NCBI GenBank assembly: GCA_024408295.1
Contig: JAKSVE010000003.1
Coordinates: forward strand, 2,043 to 66,042
Direction: 5' to 3'
Source: Bacilli bacterium
GTDB taxonomy: Bacteria; Bacillota_I; Bacilli_A; RFN20; CAG-826
DNA: 64,000 nt
Shown here piece after piece: positions 37,173 through 45,413 of this stretch. The translations under genes and the position numbers were made by a program. Positions within the stretch are counted from its first letter, which is position 1; the number at the start of each line of letters is the position of its first letter. The notes beneath the pieces were generated by a model. It had not been told where the DNA came from and did not search any database. It saw only the letters and a list, made by a program, of their open reading frames with translations.

Positions 37173-38219
37173 TTATTCCTTGCGGATCTTACCCTTCAAT
37201 GAGTGGATTCTGATAGATCCACCTTGGGATAAGACCAATGTTTTTGCAAAAGCGATAGCCTCTGCCTGGGTTCCAAATAATTTGATGGCTTTCTTGCCGG
37301 TTGCAAGCTTGACCTGCCATTTACCCGTGGTTTTGTGTTTAGATATATGGTAAATCCTAGGTCTATCGTTATAGTTGTTTTTCTTATCTATTTCAGCCTG
37401 TTTTCTTTCTTCAGCTTCTTCCTCTTCTTCTGAATCTTCATCAGCCTGTGTGATTTCAACAGACTCTCCCTTATCTTCTGTTACTTCATCATCAGCAGGA
37501 CCTTCTAAAAGCTCTTCCGAGGCTGTGAAAGTGACGTTTTTGGTATCATAAACAACCTCTTCAATTTCTTCTTCAGGAAGTATTGTAACAAGTGGTTTTG
37601 AGTTAATGTTTCCAAACGCGGCAACAACAATACCTACAACGAATGTGATCAAGATATATACGGCGGCTGTAGAAGCAGTAAATGCGATATCAGTTCCTAG
37701 TATCTGGAATGGTGACATGTCCCAAGGGGTGTTTAAGAAATTCGCAAACACAAACGATGATGCGCAATAAACAAGTGTGAAGATTGCAGATAAAGCACCA
37801 ACCATTGGATTCTTTTTATACGATTGTTCAAAACAAACATTGGAAACGGTGTTAATCAACGCAATACCAAGAACAATGAATAGGAGTGGCGATAGGATAT
37901 TGGCGCTCTTAACAATCAAAATCGATGTAATTTCAAAGATTAGCAAGAAGATAGTTGTCGTTGTTGAGAGCGAGCGAATAACGGAAAGAGTCTTGTTTAT
38001 TGGTTTTGTTGTCTTTGAAGAAATGAGTGAAGCGACAACACCGACAAGAGATCCAAGAATAGCGATAACAACAGAATAGAATAACAAAGTGTGGTCAACA
38101 GTGACATCTGCCTCAATCACCTTAGGCAATAAGAAAAATGCAACGATAATGAATATCTCAGCCAACAATGCGACTAAGTTTAAACTGAACCCAATTAAAT
38201 GCTTTGTTTTGTTTGTCAT
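37173..38219 (-). CDS. Polytopic membrane protein fused to an acidic linker and a C-terminal DUF2188 (PF09954-like) domain
   Basis: 348 aa with about 6 TM helices. The linker is E/D-rich (EDSEEEEEAEERKQAE). The C-terminus YHISKHKTTGKWQVKLATGKKAIKLFGTQAEAIAFAKTLVLSQGGSIRIHSLKGKI matches the DUF2188 pattern. AGGAG lies upstream. Confidence 0.7.
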   Translation of the reverse strand: MTNKTKHLIGFSLNLVALLAEIFIIVAFFLLPKVIEADVTVDHTLLFYSVVIAILGSLVGVVASLISSKTTKPINKTLSVIRSLSTTTTIFLLIFEITSILIVKSANILSPLLFIVLGIALINTVSNVCFEQSYKKNPMVGALSAIFTLVYCASSFVFANFLNTPWDMSPFQILGTDIAFTASTAAVYILITFVVGIVVAAFGNINSKPLVTILPEEEIEEVVYDTKNVTFTASEELLEGPADDEVTEDKGESVEITQADEDSEEEEEAEERKQAEIDKKNNYNDRPRIYHISKHKTTGKWQVKLATGKKAIKLFGTQAEAIAFAKTLVLSQGGSIRIHSLKGKIRKE

Positions 38220-38256
38220 ACTATTTCTCCTAAGAGAAATTATTTTTCATCTATAT

Positions 38257-38284
38257 AACAAAAACAAGAGGTAATTCCTCTTGT
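38257..38284 (-). terminator. Intrinsic terminator after jag
   Basis: ACAAGAGG (38264-38271) / CCTCTTGT (38277-38284) hairpin followed on the minus strand by UUUUGUU. Confidence 0.65.
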
Positions 38285-38293
38285 TAGTGTTTT

Positions 38294-38893
38294 TTAGTCG
38301 ATATATTTGATTGTGATGGCTCTATCAGCACCCTCGCCATAGCTTTCGGTCTTGATATGCGCCATTCCGTTAAGAGCGTTGTGGACGACTCTTCTTTCAT
38401 CTGGTGTCATTGGATCGAGTTTGATGTCAACCTTGCTTCTGACAACATCTTTTGCAGCCTTCTTTGCGATATAGGTGATTCTTGAGTACTTATCCTCTTT
38501 GTAACCGCCGACATCGAGAAGAATTCTATATCTGTGGTGATATTTGTTTGAAACAGCAAGTCTAACTAATTCATTGAGAGCCTGAAGTGTTTTTCCAGCC
38601 TTACCAATGAGAACAGGGTTTCTTTCTGAGTCGATTGTGACTTTGATGATTTCATCCTGAACTGTAGCGGAGGTTGTGATTTCGATTCCCATTCCCCCAA
38701 TCGCAGTCTTGAGATATTCCTGTGCGAATTCTGCCGCATCTTCCGAGTCATAGACTTCGATGATTGTCTTCTTTGTGAATAAACCCTTCTTTTCTTCGAT
38801 GAGCTTATAAACAATCTGAGATTCGGAAACTCCGAGATCTGAAGAAGCCTGTGCTAAGCATTCTTCAAGAGTTTTGCATGTATATTGCTTCAT
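38294..38893 (-). CDS. jag: RNA-binding protein Jag/KhpB (Jag_N-KH-R3H)
   Basis: 199 aa. KH-like segment VLIGKAGKTLQALNELV and R3H region MTPDERRVVHNAL. yidC-jag synteny is conserved. Confidence 0.9.
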   Translation of the reverse strand: MKQYTCKTLEECLAQASSDLGVSESQIVYKLIEEKKGLFTKKTIIEVYDSEDAAEFAQEYLKTAIGGMGIEITTSATVQDEIIKVTIDSERNPVLIGKAGKTLQALNELVRLAVSNKYHHRYRILLDVGGYKEDKYSRITYIAKKAAKDVVRSKVDIKLDPMTPDERRVVHNALNGMAHIKTESYGEGADRAITIKYID

Positions 38894-38902
38894 GATTTGC
38901 TC

Positions 38903-40537
38903 CTATTTTCTTTTATTCTTTGCCATCAATCCCTGCATAATGAGTGTCTGTGCCATAGAGATTAATGCACCGACTGCCCAATAAAGACCCATAGCTGATG
39001 GGAGTGCGAATCCCATGACGATTGTGAAGATAACCATAACCCAGCTCATCATCTTCATTGTGCTGCCCTGCTGATCCTGTGCTGGATTTGCAGTTGTTTT
39101 TGGAATACCTTTTGTCTTTTTCTTTGCGAGCCATCTTGGCAACATCATAGCTAAGATTTGGAATCCTGCCATCATGAGGAAGAGGACTGCTGCAGTCCAC
39201 CAGCCGGTGACGTTTGTATACCAAGCTCCGCCGAAGTTGGTTAAGACCGATGAGATTGTGTCTGATAATCTAAGGTTCAAGAATGAGCCGCTAGCTAAAG
39301 CTGAAGAGCCCTGCATTGCGCCCCAAACGCAGATAAAGACAGGGAACTGAACAATCAATGTGATTAACATGGACATTGGATTGATTTTGTTTCTCTTATA
39401 GAGAGCCATCTGTTCTTGCTGCATTCTCTGAGCCTGATCCTTATCTGTATTGGAGTTAGGGTATTTAGCCTGAATCTTAGCAAGCTGTGGCTGAATTGCC
39501 TGTGTTCTCTGCTGATCAAGTGTGCTCTTGAATGTGAGAGCTAAGATGACGATACGAACGACAACAGTAACGATAAGGATGGATAAGACCTGTCCTAAAC
39601 CGGATAATGTTGGGTCGATGCCATAAGCAATTGAGTCAATTAAGTATGAGACAGGGAAGACGATAAGACCTTCAAAGAAGCCTTTTTTCCATGCATATCC
39701 CCATGTCTTCTTTTCGATTGGGGAACTCCACGATGAATCGTTTCCAAAATGTCCGAAGTAACCATCTTGCGTTGAGATACATGATCTCTGCGAATTTAAG
39801 ATAGTATCGATTTGCTGCTTATAGAAAGCCTTGAAATCAGCGCTTGGGAGGTCATCTGGAGTCATTGTTGATTCCAATTCTTCATTCCATTTGTCCCACT
39901 GTGACCAAATCTTCATGTTTTCGCCTTCGACCTTTGGTGCGCCGAACTTAACATATCCGTAATTGAGAAGAATGCTGTCTTTGTTAATTTCAACGCCTTC
40001 TTCAGTTCCGTTAACATCAGCCTTATTGAATGGGTTGATCATAGCAGCTGTTAGGTTTGTGCTGTTGTAGTGGTTTGCGTCCTGGAAACCCTTATTAGCC
40101 TCAGCAACGGCTGCATCCAAAACAAGTTGGTCGATTGTCTTGAAATAGTCATATGATGGGGTCGAGTATCCATTAGCAATTGAGTTTCCAATGATGACAT
40201 CATTTAAAAATGATGCTCTTTTAGCGGTATATCTTGTATCGATTCTGCTAGTGATGTTTGTGCTTGCCAATTCCGTTGAAACAGGAATGTATGCTAAAAT
40301 GCTGGATGGTGCTCCGCCGATTTCGACCGTCCAGTATTGTTCTTTTCCGGAAATCTTATATTCATCCGGTATCTCTTCGACATTATCTACGTATACGGTA
40401 ACGCCAGAATCATAAGCATATGCGATGCTTGCTTTATCAGTATTTGAGCAGAAATTCTGCGTACAACCGGTTAACAAAACAACGCCAACAGCTATGCCAA
40501 GAAAGCCTAAGAGATTCTTTCTATTTGTTTTGTTCAA
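38903..40537 (-). CDS. yidC: Membrane protein insertase YidC, lipoprotein form with enlarged extracytoplasmic domain
   Basis: 544 aa. Lipobox VLLTGC. The conserved YidC core starts near aa 285 (ILIVTVVVRIVILALTFKS, QPQLAKIQAKY, NPMS). Basic C-terminal tail. Confidence 0.9.
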   Translation of the reverse strand: MNKTNRKNLLGFLGIAVGVVLLTGCTQNFCSNTDKASIAYAYDSGVTVYVDNVEEIPDEYKISGKEQYWTVEIGGAPSSILAYIPVSTELASTNITSRIDTRYTAKRASFLNDVIIGNSIANGYSTPSYDYFKTIDQLVLDAAVAEANKGFQDANHYNSTNLTAAMINPFNKADVNGTEEGVEINKDSILLNYGYVKFGAPKVEGENMKIWSQWDKWNEELESTMTPDDLPSADFKAFYKQQIDTILNSQRSCISTQDGYFGHFGNDSSWSSPIEKKTWGYAWKKGFFEGLIVFPVSYLIDSIAYGIDPTLSGLGQVLSILIVTVVVRIVILALTFKSTLDQQRTQAIQPQLAKIQAKYPNSNTDKDQAQRMQQEQMALYKRNKINPMSMLITLIVQFPVFICVWGAMQGSSALASGSFLNLRLSDTISSVLTNFGGAWYTNVTGWWTAAVLFLMMAGFQILAMMLPRWLAKKKTKGIPKTTANPAQDQQGSTMKMMSWVMVIFTIVMGFALPSAMGLYWAVGALISMAQTLIMQGLMAKNKRK

Positions 40538-40866
40538 TTGTGTTCTCCGATCTTCGTCAAAGACGAATGTAATTCATCCTTGTTTGAATGAAATTTATCG
40601 GGGTCAAAGGATGCTCTGACGATAATGATCAAATCCAAAGGAAGACTTAAATCCAATTCCTCGCCGATCATCGCCCTAACCTGACGTTTGATGCGGTTTC
40701 TCGTAACTGCAATTCCGTTCTTCTTACCAACGGCTACACCAATCCTGGCTGCACCTTCGGTTCTTTTTCTGAAGTGGATTACAAAGTTCTTGCTTTTTAC
40801 GAATGGGAAATTCCTGATTATTTCGTCAAATTCCTGACGCTTCAGAATGCGATTTTCCCTTTTCAC
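40534..40866 (-). CDS. rnpA: Ribonuclease P protein component
   Basis: 110 aa. Contains the RNR-type basic motif (AVTRNRIKRQVR). Sits between rpmH and yidC. Confidence 0.9.
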   Translation of the reverse strand: MKRENRILKRQEFDEIIRNFPFVKSKNFVIHFRKRTEGAARIGVAVGKKNGIAVTRNRIKRQVRAMIGEELDLSLPLDLIIIVRASFDPDKFHSNKDELHSSLTKIGEHN

Positions 40867-40899
40867 AAAAACACCTTAAGTAAGAAAAAGGCGCCAAAA

Positions 40900-41034
40900 T
40901 TAGGCGCAGATTCTTGCTCTTCCTTTTGCTCTGCGGCGAGCTAAGACCTTACGGCCGTTGTGGGATGCCATTCTTGCGCGGAATCCTGCCATGTGAGCGT
41001 GTTTGATTTTAGATGGTTGATATGTTCTTTTCAT
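40900..41034 (-). CDS. rpmH: 50S ribosomal protein L34
   Basis: Too short for the ORF track. Encodes [44 protein letters not shown] (44 aa). GGAGG lies 8 nt upstream. Confidence 0.95.
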   Translation of the reverse strand: MKRTYQPSKIKHAHMAGFRARMASHNGRKVLARRRAKGRARICA

Positions 41035-41071
41035 GCTATTTTCCTCCGAGTTTCACTAGCGTGCGACATAG

Positions 41072-41099
41072 ATTATACCGATTTTGATAAATTAGGCAA
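41072..41099 (-). promoter_or_regulatory. Predicted rpmH promoter
   Basis: On the minus strand: TTGCCT (41094-41099), 16-nt spacer, TATAAT (41072-41077). Confidence 0.55.
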
Positions 41100-41147
41100 C
41101 AAAAAACGAGAAAGATAAAATTAATTTTATATACTCAAATACCCCAT

Positions 41148-41383
41148 TGTGGAAAATGCCAACACAACATTTTATTAGAGAGGCACGAAATAATTTAATA
41201 ACGAATGCGCAGATATCCACATACGACATGTATATTGGGGATAAGTCATAAGTTTTCCACATTTGCCTGGTGTTGAAAAAGTTGTGGAAAAAGCAAAAAG
41301 ATAAGGTTTGTTCGATAAAATTTATATTTTCTTTATTGTGGAAAACTTTTTATCCACATTTTTGAGATAAATAATTATCCACA
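41148..41383. promoter_or_regulatory. oriC left part: DnaA-box cluster upstream of dnaA
   Basis: Seven TTATCCACA-like 9-mers. Perfect boxes at 41350-41358 and 41375-41383. One-mismatch boxes at 41213-41221 and 41253-41261, and in reverse orientation (TGTGGAAAA) at 41148-41156, 41283-41291 and 41337-41345. Confidence 0.85.
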
Positions 41384-41413
41384 ATTGTGATAATATTTCA
41401 GCGGGGAAACATT

Positions 41414-42778
41414 ATGAGTTTAGTTTTAACATTAAGCGAAACAGTATCGATCTGGGATAAAACATTGAAGAAGCTCTCATCCTCCATGGATGCGGCGACA
41501 ATGCAGGCTTTCTTTGCCGAGTCGTATATCCACAGCGTTAACGGTAATGAGATATTTGTTGTCGTTCCAACCGAATTGGCGGTTAGAGTCATTGAATCAA
41601 AATACACAAAACTTGTTGAAGATATCATTTATGAATTGACACAGAATTCATTCATCATTTCTTATATTACAGGCGATAAGGCAAAGACCATCACGCAATC
41701 AGTTAACGAAGGTGAGAAACAATTCTTCTCCGATTCAAAAATTGATCCGCGTTACACATTGGAGAATTTCGTTGTCGGTCCATCAAACAGAGAAGCCTAC
41801 CAAGCGGCTGTAATTGCATCCAGAGAACCTGGAAAAATGTACAATCCAGTCCTTATTTACGGAGATTCCGGTTTAGGTAAGACGCATTTGCTCCACGCTA
41901 TCGGAAACGCAATACTCAAAGAAAACAGCAATTTGAAGGTGTTGTACGTTAAAGCCCACGACTTCCTTGACGAGTATGTCAATTACGTTAAGAGCGATCG
42001 CGACGGCATTGGTTTAGTGGCATGGTTCAAGAATTCTGTTGATGTTCTTTTGGTTGACGATGTTCAATTCCTTGCTTCGAAGACCAAAACAGAAGAGATG
42101 TTCTTCTCAATCTACAACTACTTGCATTCATCGGGAAAGCAGGTTGTCATCACTTCCGATAGGCACCCATCAACATTAAATGGATTGGATGACAGATTGA
42201 AAACGAGGTTCGTTTCAGGTCTTCCGGTCATGGTTGGTAAGCCAGAAAAGACCGTCTGCGAATCAATTTTAATGAAGTTAATCGATGAAAAGGGCATGTC
42301 CATCAACAATTTCGATCCTGAGGTCATCAATTATTTCGCAACAAAATTTGGCAGCAACGTCAGAGAATTGGAAGGCGCATTCGGCAAATTGGTGTTCTAT
42401 TTCCAGAACTTCACCAACTCAAAACACGTCGATTTAGCCACCGCAATCGAATCGGTCAGAGGTTTAGCGGCAGGAAAAGAAGATTCCGACTCATTAACAG
42501 AGGACAAAATCATCTCTTGCGTATCAGATTACTACTCATTGACGCCAAATCAGATAATCGGAAGCTCAAGAGTCGCAAAAATCGCTCTCGCACGTCATAT
42601 ATCCATGTATTTAATCAGAACAATGCTGGATACCCCATTCACAAAGATGGGCGTTAAGTTCGGAGGGAAGGATCATTCGACCGTTATGACAGCAGTCACA
42701 AAGATCGAAGAGGCCATCAAGACCGATAAAGAGCTGGAAAAAGTCATTCAAGACTTGAAAAAGAGGATAAATGGGTAG
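41414..42778 (+). CDS. dnaA: Chromosomal replication initiator protein DnaA
   Basis: ATG at 41414 (track start is GTG at 41387). AAA+ motifs GDSGLGKTHL and LLVDDVQFL. C-terminal DNA-binding helix (HSTVMTAVTKIE). Confidence 0.97.
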   Translation: MSLVLTLSETVSIWDKTLKKLSSSMDAATMQAFFAESYIHSVNGNEIFVVVPTELAVRVIESKYTKLVEDIIYELTQNSFIISYITGDKAKTITQSVNEGEKQFFSDSKIDPRYTLENFVVGPSNREAYQAAVIASREPGKMYNPVLIYGDSGLGKTHLLHAIGNAILKENSNLKVLYVKAHDFLDEYVNYVKSDRDGIGLVAWFKNSVDVLLVDDVQFLASKTKTEEMFFSIYNYLHSSGKQVVITSDRHPSTLNGLDDRLKTRFVSGLPVMVGKPEKTVCESILMKLIDEKGMSINNFDPEVINYFATKFGSNVRELEGAFGKLVFYFQNFTNSKHVDLATAIESVRGLAAGKEDSDSLTEDKIISCVSDYYSLTPNQIIGSSRVAKIALARHISMYLIRTMLDTPFTKMGVKFGGKDHSTVMTAVTKIEEAIKTDKELEKVIQDLKKRING

Positions 42779-42782
42779 AGAG

Positions 42783-42895
42783 TGTGGAAAACAAAAGTCA
42801 GCGCACATCGAGCATATACGCGTTACGCGCGCACTTATCCACAAATCCACAGCAGTTAATTATTAATATATTTATATAATATATAATATAGATAA
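42783..42895. promoter_or_regulatory. oriC right part: DnaA boxes plus AT-rich DNA-unwinding element
   Basis: Boxes at 42783-42791 (reverse), 42835-42843 (perfect TTATCCACA) and 42843-42851. They are followed by a ~40-bp run of almost pure A/T (42856-42895, ttaattattaatatatttatataatatataatata) just before dnaN. Confidence 0.8.
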
Positions 42896-42914
42896 GAAGA
42901 AAGAGGTTATTCTT

Positions 42915-44030
42915 ATGAGATTCACAATCACAACAGAAGAGTTGCTAAAGGGCGTCTCAACAGCGGGGCACGCCATTGGCTCATCATCAGCTAACGCAAT
43001 GCTCTCATGTTTCAAAATCGAAACAACGAACAAAGGCGTTGAGATCACAGCGTCTAACGGAGATGTCTCCGTTTGGACTTTGATTCCGCAATACAGGGGA
43101 GAGCTTCAAATCATCAGAAATTCAACTTTAGGCGCCGTTTTAATCGATGCCAAAGTCTTCATGAACGTCATCAAAACCCTGTCAAATCAGGAGGTTTCTG
43201 TTGAGGTTATCGACAATTCTGCCATCATCATCGATGGAAACAACAAATTCTCCTTGAATTGCGCATACGCAGATGAATATCCTGAGGTTGATTTCGAAAA
43301 GAGCGGGACTCCTTTCGTTGTTAACACGTCAGATTTAGTCAAATTGACAAATCAGACCTCATTCGCCGCATCGGACAAAAACAGACCTGTCCTCGGCGCA
43401 ATTAACCTCAAAGCAGAAGCTGGTAGATTGGTCGCAACTGCAACCGATTCAGCTAGATTATCCAGAAAAACAATCGATGTTGACCCTGAGTTGAGATTCT
43501 CCGCGAACGTTCCTGCCAAGACCTTATCTGAGATCGTCAGAATGTTTGATGATGATTCTGAGGTTGAAATTAGCGCTTCAAAGGGACGCATCGTCTTCGC
43601 GTTTGGAACAACCGTTGTCACCAGTAGATTAATCTCGGAAGACTACCCGGTTTCAAGTTCAATTGTGCCTTCTATTTTCAACTATTATTTGGAAATAAAT
43701 TCACGTGAATTATTGAATGCAATCGAGCGCGCTTCAATCCTTGCAACGGACAAGGCTTCAGTCATAAAACTTACGATGACACCTGACAAAGTTGAGATTT
43801 CATCATCAAGTGATAAGACCGGTTCTTGCAACGCTCCGTTGAACAATGTTCAGTTCACCGGAAATAGACTTGAAATCGCCTTCAACGCACTCTTCGTTTC
43901 ACAGGCCGTAAAAGCCCTTGCGAGTGAAGATGTTGTCTTCTCATTTGTGGGCGAAATGAGACCATTCGTCATCAAAAACCCTCAGGATGACTCCGTGGTC
44001 GAATTAATCACCCCAATGAGGATGAGATAA
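42915..44030 (+). CDS. dnaN: DNA polymerase III beta sliding clamp
   Basis: 371 aa with three-domain clamp architecture. C-terminal PMRM motif. dnaA-dnaN synteny is conserved. Confidence 0.97.
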   Translation: MRFTITTEELLKGVSTAGHAIGSSSANAMLSCFKIETTNKGVEITASNGDVSVWTLIPQYRGELQIIRNSTLGAVLIDAKVFMNVIKTLSNQEVSVEVIDNSAIIIDGNNKFSLNCAYADEYPEVDFEKSGTPFVVNTSDLVKLTNQTSFAASDKNRPVLGAINLKAEAGRLVATATDSARLSRKTIDVDPELRFSANVPAKTLSEIVRMFDDDSEVEISASKGRIVFAFGTTVVTSRLISEDYPVSSSIVPSIFNYYLEINSRELLNAIERASILATDKASVIKLTMTPDKVEISSSSDKTGSCNAPLNNVQFTGNRLEIAFNALFVSQAVKALASEDVVFSFVGEMRPFVIKNPQDDSVVELITPMRMR

Positions 44031-44063
44031 GCCTTTTTAGACCCTTTAAAAATTTATTTTAAA

Positions 44064-44090
44064 GAAGCGCAAAAATGCGTTTCTTTTTTT
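44064..44090 (+). terminator. Intrinsic terminator after dnaN
   Basis: GAAGCGC (44064-44070) / GCGTTTC (44077-44083) stem with one G-U pair, followed by TTTTTTT. Confidence 0.7.
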
Positions 44091-44114
44091 ACTACTTAGT
44101 AGTAAACTAATATC

Positions 44115-44345
44115 ATGGGAAAAAACAGTACTTCTAACAAGGTCGCAATCGTGACCGAATACATCACCCTTGGGCAATTGCTCAAGTTCGCCGACATCGT
44201 TGACGGTGGTGGAGCCGCAAAGTTCTACCTCGCCGAAAACAGAGTCCTCGTCAATGGCGAAGAGGATAACAGGAGAGGTAGAAAACTTCGCCCTGGAGAT
44301 GTTGTCGAGTTGAAAGAAGGCAGATACGAAATCATCGCCAAATGA
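44115..44345 (+). CDS. yaaA: S4-domain RNA-binding protein YaaA
   Basis: 76 aa. ITLGQLLKFADIVDGGGAAKFYL..VLVNGE is an S4 fold motif. Its ATGA overlaps recF. Confidence 0.85.
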   Translation: MGKNSTSNKVAIVTEYITLGQLLKFADIVDGGGAAKFYLAENRVLVNGEEDNRRGRKLRPGDVVELKEGRYEIIAK

Positions 44346-45412
44346 TCGTCTCTAAGATTTCCTTGGTGAATTTCAGAACCTATGAGGCTATCACCTACAA
44401 GCCAAGTCCCGGAATAAACATAATCGAAGGGCCGAACGGCTGCGGTAAAAGCAATCTAGCTGAATCAATTCACTTTCTCTCCCTCTCCAAGAGTTGGAGG
44501 ACCAACGACACGAACGAATTGATAAAGTTCGGAACGTCAGGTTCCGTCATCGAGGCTAGGGTTGAGGCTTCCGGCATCTCGAAACTGTTGGGGATATCAC
44601 TAAATCCCGGGAACAAGAAGAAAGTCGCCATTAATGGAAAGTCGATCAAGAGATTGAGCGAACTCTCCAAATGCATCAACGTTCTTCTCTTCTCGCCTGA
44701 AGACGTAACGATCTTCAAAGGATCTCCTGGAGCAAGAAGAAACTTCCTGGACGTGAACATATCCAAGACATCATTGGACTACATGTCGCTCATCGGAAGG
44801 CACAACAAATTGCTCGATGAGAGAAATGCGGTTCTCAAGCAAAATGAGATAGACCGCGACTACCTCGATGTCATAACCGACAGATTAATTGAGGTTCAAG
44901 AGCCGTTAATTCGCTATAGACGGCTTTACGCAGAGGGGTTGAATAAAATACTAACCCGCCTCGCAAGCGCCCTCTATGGGGGTAATAGAGAGTTAAAAAT
45001 CGAATACAAGCCGTACATCAAAGACGGTCCTGGGTTCGCTGATAGGGCAAGGAAGGCCTATCTGAAGACTCTCGAAAGCGATATTAGGTATAAAACAACA
45101 AGCACGGGAATCCATAGAGAAGACTTCTCCACCAAGCTTGATGGAATGGATATCGCGTCATTCGGAAGCCAAGGCGAAAACCGCTTGGCATCCATAGCGT
45201 TGAAGATAAGCCCATACTTCGCAATAGAAGAAGAGGCTGAAAAACCAATCGTTGTGTTGGATGACATATACAGCGAATTGGATAAACAGCATTCGGACAA
45301 TCTCTCCGAGTTGCTAAAAACCATGGGACAGGTATTCATAACGTCCACAAATCTAGAAATTGAAGGGGCCACAAAATTCATTGTGCCTCAACCAAATACA
45401 AGGAGGATATAA
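44342..45412 (+). CDS. recF: DNA replication and repair protein RecF
   Basis: 356 aa. Walker A GPNGCGKSN, signature-like SQGENR, Walker B VVLDDIYSELD. Confidence 0.95.
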   Translation: MIVSKISLVNFRTYEAITYKPSPGINIIEGPNGCGKSNLAESIHFLSLSKSWRTNDTNELIKFGTSGSVIEARVEASGISKLLGISLNPGNKKKVAINGKSIKRLSELSKCINVLLFSPEDVTIFKGSPGARRNFLDVNISKTSLDYMSLIGRHNKLLDERNAVLKQNEIDRDYLDVITDRLIEVQEPLIRYRRLYAEGLNKILTRLASALYGGNRELKIEYKPYIKDGPGFADRARKAYLKTLESDIRYKTTSTGIHREDFSTKLDGMDIASFGSQGENRLASIALKISPYFAIEEEAEKPIVVLDDIYSELDKQHSDNLSELLKTMGQVFITSTNLEIEGATKFIVPQPNTRRI

Positions 45413-45413
45413 A

